The notes below the pieces were generated by a model. The model was not told the DNA's origin and searched no databases. It saw nothing but the letters and a program-made list of their open reading frames with translations. Shown piece by piece: positions 11,238-21,924 of a stretch of DNA of 64,000 nt. A program made the position numbers and the translations under genes. Origin of the DNA: Lingula anatina (taxonomy: Eukaryota; Animalia; Brachiopoda); NCBI GenBank assembly GCA_051362555.1, contig CM120646.1, forward strand, positions 434,001 to 498,000, given 5' to 3'. Positions within the stretch are counted from its first letter, which is position 1; each line of letters begins with the position of its first letter.

Positions 11238-14200
11238 ATGCCGACCAGTACACTACCGCCCAAGAAAAAGTCGTACATCCCTGAGGAAGAAGGTATGTAT
11301 GTGCATGCATGAGTACACATATGTACAGATGCTTGCATTTTTAGCATGCATGCGCAAATATGTAAATAAGTGTGGATACTGTACATGCATGGTAATACAG
11401 TTCATAAATATAGTTTATATCCTGAAAAAATGGCAAAACATTTAAAAGATGCCTTTTATTTGTAAGATCATAATGCATGCTAGTTCAAGGCATCACATTG
11501 TTACCATTATGAATGTGAAAAGAAATGCTTAATAGTTCATACTAATATGTAGAATGTGAAAATGCTTAAAGAGAAAACAAGAAGAAAACAAAAATGGTCT
11601 GGAATACGTATACTTTCATTATAATAAACACACTGTATATAATATTGACATATTCTCTTGGTATCAGAGAGTGGTGTCACTGGCGCAATGCACCATGTCA
11701 CAACCACCGGTGTGGCTTTTCTGGACAGTTTGAGTGAGCTCCCCGCCAAACGCGCCCGCCCAGAACGTCTTCCAAAGGAAGAAAAACTGGTGGAATGGTA
11801 AGAATTTTGTTTCTATAAATAATGGCGCATGTTCTTGACAAAAAAATCATCACTATTATTTTATCCTATCACAGACAGTTTCTTACATGTTTTATGACAT
11901 TGTCAGTTTCTATCAGGACATCTTCTGATCAGTTTCATGCACAAACACCCGTAGTCACTCTATCACCTGTCCTGTCTACATTGAACAGTCTCAGTGACAT
12001 TAACACAAACAGACTGAGTAATGGCAATTCTTCTTAAGATATTCTGATTTAATGTCTCGACAGATGACCAGGGGGCTTATATTATAACATCCACCCGACT
12101 GTTGTCTTCAAAAACACAGATTGCATTATCTAATGTTTTAGGTTGAAGAATAATTTTGAGAAGAAAGAAGAAAAGAAAGTTGCAAAATCTGCAGCCTATG
12201 AAAAGTACCTTGAAGAATGTTCAGAGAACCCGGCCTTTGATAGTCTTGCACTAGACAAAGGGGATTTTTTAAAGGTGAAAAGTTTGTTTGGTGAAATATA
12301 ATAAGACTGTATTTCAGACATGCTGAAACTGTCGGTCCGATTGGTCATGACCGAGAAAATTTGTCTGGACCGGTAAAAATTTGGATTTGGTTGGTCCAAA
12401 GGACCGACAAGAGTTTTAAGAGCCGCAATTTTGCATTTACGATCATCATTCGACATACTTCACTAATAAAATTATATAAAACCCAAAGCGTTTGTCCCTT
12501 CCATTTCAAACTTTTCACATTCACAAACAAAGTAAGCTCCCCTAATCGTATCTGTCTCAAACTAATAGGGTTATTTTCGGTCCGACAAAAATCCATTCAG
12601 TCCGACAAATTTTTCATTAGTGCCGGTCCAAATGTCCAGCCATTCTGAAAATTTTTCAGCAGGTCTGGTATTTTAATAGTGCTTAAAAATGTGAATTCAG
12701 TACTTTTATTTTAAGGTATGCTTCATTCTTACCATTTCTGGCACCTCTGCTTTAACGTTGGTATAACCTTGCTTTGTTTCTTCAGAAGTTCAAAGATTTT
12801 ATTTTAAAATTGACTTTCAGGTGGTAAAAGAGATATTTGATGGTACGTTTGGGTTAAAAGAAAGCTCCAAGTATGTGGGCGAACTGAGAGAGGTGAAGAC
12901 CAGACCAAACCGTCCCAAGGTGAAGGCACCAAGTTTGGGGCTCAAAATGAAAGAAATTATTGAAAATGTCATCACAGAAGCTGGGAATCCTGTATCTTTT
13001 TACGAGGGAGTTTTCCACTTCAAGCTGCCCCTAGACCCCCATTCATAGACTATCAAGCCATTCCTTCCAACTGTTTTCTTACAAACCCAAATCATGTCTT
13101 CATAACTGATTCAGCAGTTAGCCAGCAATTGCACAGAAATCTAATTACTAAAAAGATTCTTTTTGTGAACGTAAAAGTTTTCCCATAGTTGTATCATAAT
13201 ATACTGGAAATACAAAATTGTTGCTGTTTAAACAGTACCAAAATGCTTTCTTTACATATGCCTCGGAGGAAAGGTTTGTGAAAAAAGTTTCACATAATTG
13301 TAGTATAATATTCAGGTACCAGTAAACCCAGCCACTCTCCCTTGGTACCATGTAAACATTTTCAAAAACACTTCCTTAACATCTGCCTCAGAGGAAAGGT
13401 GTAAGATTTTTCTTACTGAAGACTCAGATCGCCCACAAGTATCCAGCTTTGCGGATCATGGACTACCCTGAGAAGCTGAAGAAAAGTCTGGAGAGGGAAG
13501 TGAGGATGGGACACATTGAGGTGGTAAGTGAACTGGTCACATGTATTCCCTTGTGGAAATTTCCTACAGGACTCGATGGGGCTCTTCAGGAATTCTATTG
13601 AATGTCCTAGGACAAATGGTCTGTAGGACCTTACAGAGTTTTGACACTGTAGGACATCCTATTGGACCATATAGAAAATTTTCTCAGGAGTTATTTCAAT
13701 AAAGTTTTATTAATGTGGAGATTTAAAGTGTAAACTGTTGCTCATGTTGTATCTGAAGCTGTAGATAAACCCGAGCTCTACCTTCAGGTGCGTGGCATCG
13801 GCGCCTGTGGGTACTACCGCTGTCCTGGTGACCCCCTGAGGGAGGACGAGGAGGAAAACAAAGAAAACAAGAAAGAAACAAAGAAGAAAGGAGATGAGGA
13901 GAAAACAGAGGAGGGAGATGTGGAGAATGCTGAGGAAGGAGGGAAAGAAGGAGGAAGTGAGAAAGGAAAGGAGGAGGAGAATAAGGAGGTATTCATGTAT
14001 AGCAATAATATTTTCAGTTCTGAGCAACCATTACTCTCTGAATGCCAGTGTCACATTTTTGTAAGTCATTAGTCCAGGGGCCTCAAATTTTCTTTTTACA
14101 TAGATTATAATTTTATCGAGCTAAGTCCATGTTTCATCCAAATGACATTGTAATGCCAGCAATGAAAATAAAATGGTCAAGAAAATTTAGAAGTAAATAC

Positions 14201-16059
14201 CTCTTTGAGTATGTGACATGGTTGAGGATATTCACATATTTTGTTTGGTGTAATAGGGAGAAGAGGGAGATGATGAAGCTGAGAAGAGTGCAGGAGAAGA
14301 CAAGAAAAAGAAAAAGAAGAAGACTAAAAGAAAGCAAGCCAGTTACTGTAGGTACTATTTTAATTGTTTGAGTTTGGGTTTAATAAAGTAATGTCAGGCT
14401 TATATGGGGTTCATTTTGATACTGATTGCTTATAAATTGTGGGTATATGTCTATTTTTACGAGTCCTGTTCCAAATACCAACCACATCAGTACTATATTT
14501 GCATATTTAACTTTTAATCAGCAGCATACGGCCAGCGTATAGTGCACAGCCATCCGCAGAAAATAGAGGACACATTCCCATTGGCTCTTACCTTTATGGC
14601 AGATCCCAAGCACGCCACAATGGGGAAGATTAGCAATTACATCAACCGTTACTACCCCAACGTCAATATACAATCTAAGTAAGTCATTGAGAAAAAGGCA
14701 GAAAGTTTTAAAAAATTTTTTTGACAGTTGGTCACTGCATTGCTATTACAGTTGTTAAAAGTTTATTTTCCAAGTTTGATACTTGCTTTGAAGAGGAGTT
14801 GGAAATCTGAATATGTTAGTTGATGAGCACATGTTTAAAATACATTTTGGAAAAGAGTATTTTTTAAACTTATTTATGTATTTCTAGATTGAAGAAATGT
14901 CTGGAATCAGGAGAAGAGAAAGGGCTCTGGGTCAAATATTCTGGGAGTTCATACAGACTGGAGGCTGATGAGTTTGACCCCAGCAATGGTGAGATAGAAT
15001 ATGTCATCATATATCATACATATTGTGATGTAAGATCCCTTATGAAATTTTCTTTAAAACACTTAAGGAATTCTATCAGACATCCTGTGGGATTCCTATC
15101 TAGGATATATGTCCTATAGGAACCTGTAAAGTTTGGGCTACTATCCTATAGGATCCCACAGGAACTTTCAGTCAGGGATATATCATCACTATACACTGGG
15201 TAGGAAAACTCTTAATTGTAAAATGAATAAATATCTGTTGTATTTGATGTTTACAGTTGTATACATAGCTTGCATATCACAGCAGTGGTTGTTTAATGCT
15301 TTCACTATTTTGATTGCATTGAATTAATAGATTTGGACTTGAAATGTTTAACAAATAAAAAGAAAGAAACAGAATTTCTGTGCTCTAAACTCCAAAATAG
15401 ACAAAAACAATGCAGGTTTTGAACAATCTGAAGTCCAAATTGGAGGTATTTTGTGTATCTGGGATTTCAGAGGACAATCTTCCCACTCTGATCTGCAATG
15501 CTATTGTGGCATGTAATGAACCCAAACAGTGCAGCTCCAAGCTACTGAAGCAGTATATCATGGACTACCACCCTGACTTTAAAGTGGACGCCAGGCCGCA
15601 GCTCTTCAAGAGGGCTGTGGAGAGAGCCTTGAATAAGGGGACATTGAGGTGATGGGTTTATTATTATGTTAACAATAAGATTCCAACCCTTTCTCCCTGT
15701 GAGGTGCTTTATCCAATTCTGTCATTTTAATAACTTTCACATTGATTTTACATGAACCCAGTTTCTTTTCAAACTTTTGACAATATCACATTCACAGGAA
15801 ACATTGTATTTTGAATTATAAACAATTGTTGTGTTTATATTACATCATTCATAATACTGATGCCATATTTCTCCATTGGCAATCTTCCAGACAGCTGTCT
15901 GGTATTGGACTAACAGGTTCCTTCCAGCTGAGTAAACCTTTCACCCCCACCCCCTCCATGTTGGCTGGTACTGATACTGGAGACACTGATGATGAGGAGG
16001 GAGGAGAAGATTACTGGGAGGACAGCAAGGTAAAGGAGATAAGAATGAGGGCCACTGGG

Positions 16060-16103
<44 letters not shown>

Positions 16104-17096
16104 TATTCACTAAAATCACAACCTGAAAGTTGAAGTTGCACACATAAGAATAGAGAGAGATTCAGTTTTTATTGCACCAATTTTCTATTAATTTTAAGAA
16201 GGGCTCGTTAATTGGTTTTGGAAAGAAAATATGAGTAAGTGTTGCCAGTGTGAAGCTGGTAAGAATCAATTATAGCCGTTCAAAGACAGTAACTGTCATT
16301 GTGTTTAAGAAATTGAGGTAATGTCTTTTTTCCCATTCAGGTGTATGATGCATACGTTCCAAGGCCGTCCAAGAGAAGAGGTCATGGTCGTAAAGCCGCC
16401 ATTCGTGACCTTGACCAGCTGCAGATCAGACACGAGGTTAGCCGGAGGAAGAAGTCCACTGTGACTAAAAAGGGGCGAAAGACTACTACCAAACGCAGGT
16501 CGTATAAAGAGGAGAGTTCTGGCAGTGAATCAGAAAGTTCTTCAGAGTCGAGCTCATCATCATCATCATCATCATCAGAGGAAGAAGAGGAGGAGGAAAA
16601 GAAAGTGGCAGCAAAAACCAAAAGGAGGCAACCTCAAAAACAGCAGGGCAAACCTGCTAAAAAGACACCCCCGAAAAAACAAGGGGCTCGAAGTTCACCA
16701 AGGAAATCTCCCAAGTCTGTGTCATATGTGGAAGAGACAGATTCTGAGGGTGAAGAAGAAAAACCAGTGAGATCATCTGGCAAAAAAAGTAAAAGATCTG
16801 CTCCTGCCAAAAAATCCCAAGCTGAGGAAAGCGACCAATCAGAAGATGAGGCTGTCTCACAAAAGAAGAGTTCAAAGTCAACTCCAGCATCTACAAAGAG
16901 AGGCAGAAGATCGGCGTCAGCAAAGAAATCCCAGGACGAAAGTGACAAGTCAGAGGAAGAAGATGCAAAGAAGAGTCCAGGTAAAAAGTCGCCAGCAGCC
17001 TCACCTAAGAAGAGTAACAAGACTTCAACAAGGAAAAGATCATTTCAGGGCAATAGCTCTGGTGTCCCACCCAAAAAGAGAGGGCGGCCATCTTAA
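11238..17096 (+). CDS. HP1BP3: HP1BP3-like linker-histone (3x H15) chromatin protein, 747 aa; coding exons 11238-11292, 11668-11797, 12142-12274, 12821-12991, 13392-13523, 13788-13988, 14257-14347, 14522-14678, 14888-14988, 15471-15648, 15891-16029, 16341-17096
   Basis: All 11 junctions are GT-AG and phase-compatible (2244 nt). H15-1 MKEIIENVIT..HKYPAL..LKKSLERE..VRGIGACGYY; H15-2 IEDTFPLALTFMADPKHA..YYP; H15-3 NAIVACNEPKQCSSKLLKQYI..RPQLFKRAVERAL..QLSGIGLTGSFQL, each resembling the corresponding HP1BP3 domain. Lys/Ser-rich H1-like tail ending PKKRGRPS. A probable non-coding exon ends at a donor at 10618. Confidence 0.88.
12315..12667. mobile_element. Intronic MITE with 14-bp TIRs and 6-bp target duplication
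   Basis: CAGACATGCTGAAA at 12315 versus inverse CAGACCTGCTGAAA ending at 12667; exact GTATTT direct repeats at 12309-12314 and 12668-12673; internal GGTCCG/CGGACC-type subterminal motifs. Confidence 0.85.
12992..13391 (+). other. U12-type (minor spliceosome) GT-AG intron in the HP1BP3-like gene
   Basis: 5' site GTATCTTTT (U12 consensus RTATCCTTT, 1 mismatch), perfect branch point TTCCTTAAC at 13372-13380 ending 9 nt before the AG (13390-13391), no polypyrimidine tract, reading frame preserved across H15-1. Confidence 0.82.
13548..13690. mobile_element. Degenerate CCC-terminated, CCTATAGG-rich MITE (CMC/EnSpm-like)
   Basis: Imperfect TIR CCCTTGTGGAAATTTCCTA versus inverse CTCCTGAGAAAATTTTCTA; TT on both flanks; internal TCCTA/TAGGA motifs shared with the copy at 15037. 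Confidence 0.45.
15037..15177. mobile_element. CCC-terminated, CCTATAGG-rich MITE (CMC/EnSpm-like)
   Basis: Starts CCCT..TGAAA, ends TTTCAGTCAGGG, AT on both flanks (2-bp duplication); internal TCCTATAGGA palindromes. Confidence 0.5.
16062..16101. repeat. (ATA)n microsatellite
   Basis: About 13 ATA units in the last intron of the HP1BP3-like gene. Confidence 0.95.
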
Positions 17097-18951
17097 AGTT
17101 CACTAGAAACATTTCTAGAACAATTAATAAATGAACTAGATCACAGTGAGAGCGAGAGAGAAAGAAACATTTTATATTGTGGTAAGGGGACACTGCCAAA
17201 CCAATGTTGGAAAAAGCGAGCAGTATTTTCCGAAGTTTGTTTTGAAGACATTGTTGGAATGGCACAGTGCAGTTTGGAATGGACATAGACCAGTTGGTGC
17301 TGATGGTTACTGTAGAATCATGGTCACTTGTAGCATTAGAAGACAAACATTTTGATAATTTGTGGTTGAGGTAGTGGACCAGGTCGGCACAATACAGCAT
17401 TAGACTAGAGGAGTGACCCCCTGGGTGAGTGTCTGGCTGTCACCCCTGGGGTACTGACTGGATCCCCTGGGGGACACAATTGCTATAAGGTTCACTGTGA
17501 CATAAATAGAGAAGATTTCACCTCTAATGATGAGAATGTATTGACAATTTTTGATGACAGCAGATATATGCTGGTTCCTTTTTTGATGATGAAAGAAAAA
17601 TTCTGTTATAGTTGTGGATGTGTGGTTTCTTGACTAAAGCGCCAGCTACAGTCTGCAAATGCATACTAGTTACTTTATGGAGTTTCAGAATATTATTGTT
17701 GTAACACAGTGTGTGTTTGGTACTGGTTGACATATTAGAGTGGGAAGAGTTGATGTTGACACTGAGCGAACACTGTGGAAGGATACTTAAAAAAAAAAAA
17801 GCAGGAGTGAAAATGTTCGATGTGTAGGTGACCTCACAGTGAACCAAGTTGGTCATGAAGCTCTTGCAGTCCCGGCTGCCTTGATTATCAGACTGGATGA
17901 AGGTGGCCTTCTGCTGTACTGGTGACTCTGATCACAGTGACTTCAGCCAAGTCATTATTTCGACGTGGAATGCATGCTGACCATTTCGTCTTTTGGTTTG
18001 CATGAATGTTCATGTGGTTTGTTGAATCATAGAAACATTGTGTGTATAGTGCAGGAAGGAGAAGTAATATGGGGTATGTTGTTAGCAAAAAATTTTTTTT
18101 TCATGGAAAATTAATTTTAAAAAAGGTACCCCCCTTTCGACTTCAAACATGTCTTGAGCTGATATTTTTGTAACAGTTTAAATTAGTTTTTAATTGTAAT
18201 TTATAAAGCCCCAATTTGTAGCTAGCACATAAAAATAGGCTTCAGTTTATCATTTATTTTTAAAAACAATATCATGCGGATATTAGTATATGTTGTAGTT
18301 GTTGAAGGTCCTTTGTGTACTTAGTACACATTAGTAATATATACACACCTAGTACTAGTAACTGTATGTAGTAATGTACATGTTATAGTGTAGAAATGAA
18401 CATTGTTATTGTTAATAGGATGAAGTGCACAACTTGTGCCGAGGCCAGTGTCCTGTGACATCACACTTTGTAATTTTAAGTTTAGGAAGGTCCTGGAAAC
18501 CAGGCTTGGATTTCAAGTGAGGGGCTGAAGGGGGGGGGGGGGTAGTCCTAATATATCTAAGTGAACATCACACTTAAGTGGGTCAGACAGAATTGAAGAA
18601 ACTTTCATAATAAGTGGGAACTCACTGCATGGTAGCCTATTAGTTTGACAAGGAGTGCACATGTTGTCAGCATGGGTAAGCCATGTGACACTGCAGTATT
18701 ATGTCATCACGTGGAAGTGACATTGGTAAAACCAATCTGTACACTATTATTGGTCAAAGGTTTTCATAATTAGTCAACAGTGGTTGGCTCTTCATATCAC
18801 TGTAGACATGTGCTTCTTCTGTATCTCAGTGTTCTTGCAGTGAAAGTTGTAGTCGTGACACCAAAGTGTCTTTGTGAATGTTTTGTAATTTTAATGACTG
18901 AAAAGAAACAACTTCTGTCATCACTGACGTGACTTTATGCCATAGCTGAAA

Positions 18952-19107
18952 TCATGAAGTATGATATCAACTTTTGGTGATGTCATGGAAAAATGATATC
19001 AACTTTTGGTGATGTCATGGAAATATGATATCAACTTTAGATGATGTCATGAATTATGATAACAATAGTTGATGACATCAGTGGTAGTATGAAATCAACT
19101 TCTGATG
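18952..19107. repeat. 31-33 bp minisatellite, about 5 copies, in the probable HP1BP3-like 3' UTR
   Basis: ATGATATCAACTTTTGGTGATGTCATGGAAAA-type units starting at 18961, 18993, 19025, 19056 and 19089, decaying rightwards. Confidence 0.85.
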
Positions 19108-21924
19108 GTTTCTAAAGGCATTTCATTATGTTGTGCACATTTTATTGCAATTTTTACATTAAACTTTTAAAGGTCCTAAATAGTTGACTTTTCTTAAATA
19201 TGTATAAGGATGACATACATATTATTTGTAAATTTTATTTTCCCTTGTCTTTAAGTAAGTTCTAGATCTTGATAAATATGTTAGCTGATAGGTTGCAGAA
19301 TCTGAAACAGAAGGTCAGTTCTTTTACTGTAATTTTGAAAGATAACTTTTTTTTTCCAAATTACATGAATTTACTATTTTGGCATTGTAACAGACAAGTT
19401 TTGTTAAGTTTAAGGTACATGTAGATTGTTTCACTCATATAGTCAAGGTTTTATTATTCAATGAGGAACATGGTAAAACCTGTTCTAAACAGAGCTTCCC
19501 CTGCCATCACTTGCTATGGTGATATCTTTGGGTCTTGAACCCTTTGTTTTTTCTCAGTGTTTTAAGCTAAAACAAACTAGTTTCAAAAAAATCAACTTAT
19601 GTTAACACAGAGTTCTTTAATATTTTTCCAATTTTCATTTTAAGGTATCCCTATTGAAATATTGTTTAGGGCAAGGATATGCACAGATTTTTTTCTTAAG
19701 TGAGATTTTAAGTTTCATCAACTTATTTGCTTTCTTACATAATCTTATCTTTTTCTTATTCAAAGGTGCTCTGTACACATTTAATTGTTGTACACATTAA
19801 ATGTTATAACATGCAATCTACAGTTGAAGCATGCTTTTGAAGTAAGTATAACTTGAAGTCTACATGTTAAAATGTACAATGTTACATATATTATTGTCCA
19901 GCAAAGTCCTCTTTTAGTTAATATGTTTCTTATATATATGAAGATATCTGTTTATAGCGTAATTTATACAATATGCTTTTCATGTATTGAATGTTAGATG
20001 GCAGAAGTAAAAGCCTAGTTCTGATGTATTATATTTGTTTATCCATCCTCCATTTTTTAACCATCTACCGACAAAAAAATTAGATACCCGTCAATGTAAA
20101 CTTGACAATATGACCGTCATTGGGAACACGTCTTGACATTTAGTTCATTTTCTGCAGGTGACTACTGCAATGTTTTTCAACCAAAACAATACTTAACAGC
20201 TGCTTAATTTGTCAGGAAAATAATTTCATGCCATAAAAATTCCAAAAACAGGCAACTACACTGTGATCTGTAATAAAAGTTTAATTTCACAGGTACATGA
20301 CTCCATAAAGACAACAGACAATGAAAAAAGTAGTCACTATCTCCTACAAATGATGTCCAATACATGATAAACTGGCAAAGTGAGTCACAGGTAAAAAGCA
20401 GATTGCGATGTCTTGAACAGTTTGTCTTTTAACCCTTAATCAATGTAAGTTTTATATAAAATCAATCCTGAATGTGTTGTATATAAATGGAGTCATTTTG
20501 AATTCAGCCACTGCATCCATCTTGCAGAACATAACTACAATTTAAAATGGAAATTAATTTTTCTGATGTCACATCCAACCACCGTAGTAAACACAACCTT
20601 CTAAAACAGAAACAGCTAAAATTGGATTTAAGAAGCAAGAAAACCGTATAAGACAATAATGACTAGTTTACTTGGATAAACTACACTTGAATCTTACCAT
20701 CAGAGAAAATCTGAAAAACAGAACACATTATGGTTTAGGAGGAAAAATACTGCAATGATGACCTTGTTAAAAATGGTAGCCTTTTTAGAAAGATCAACAT
20801 GTTGTAACTGTAAGGTCATTTAGTTCATGTTTGGGCTAAAGTTTAGCTTACTAAAGAGCCTACAGGGTCACAGAGTTAGAAGGTATGTCTGACATATAAC
20901 AGTTGACAACAGCTTATAACAAACGTGATTATCTGGATATGATCGATGTTCCAAAGAGAATCAACTTGCAAAATTGCTGCTATATTCTGATAATGAGTAA
21001 AATCTGTTTTAAATTACAATGCAAAAAAATCCATCCTATAAACCTGTTGTACAGAATCATATGAAAACAAATTTTAAATTTAAAGATGGTAAAATCGCCA
21101 CCTATTTACCCCTAACATGACCAGCAATATCTTACCCCACGGAGGATATCTACCTTTCATCTTTTCAAACTAAAGACAAAATAAAAAGTTTACTTCAGAC
21201 TCATTTATCTGCAAATCCTTAAAATATTCTTAGTTTTGTTTCTACTACATGTAATGCTACCTTTCTGACTTTTACTCAGAAATCTGCTTCCTTTTGCTTT
21301 CCACAAGTACTCCCAAATAATAGTATATTTTATATTTAATTTTTTTCAAATACCTACGATAAGGGGATAAATGGATCTACAGATAGAAAATGTTTACCTA
21401 GCTTTGTTGCTTCCTCCTAACTTATCAATGTTTTTTTATTTATTTCATTTCCGTTCTATATATTTCAATATTACCAGTAACAAGTGAACACACTGACAAA
21501 AGGATACAAAAGTTGCATACATTTACAATGTATAATTTGAAGGGTTCAACACTGACCTATTGACCTGCAGCCTCGGAAAAAAATTGTGCAAGTATTTCTT
21601 TGTTCATGTTGCAACCAAGCAATGCAATCTTGACAATTTACAAATTAAACAATGAAGAATCATATATTTAAAAACACTGCCATCAAAACGTCATCATCAA
21701 CTGCAGTTTGGCCCTGAGCACGAGTTACAGCCGGTTTCCATAGCAACTACACATTGCAGTGCAATCCTACCACAACTGGCTGTAACAAGCTGCACGTGGC
21801 GCAAACAAGATTTGAGCTGGTCCAACTAATACCAACCGGTCAGCACCGGTCAAAACTGGCCAAAGTTTGATGAGCAAGATCAAACCGAGTTTGCCAGAAC
21901 CAGTTCTTTCCGGTATAAACCAGT

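Noticed and set aside
16382-17400. Antisense and alternate-frame ORFs over the HP1BP3-like last exon (also 26298-27144 over ADAR2)
   Set aside because: Shadows of real low-complexity or GC-richer coding exons with no independent signals.
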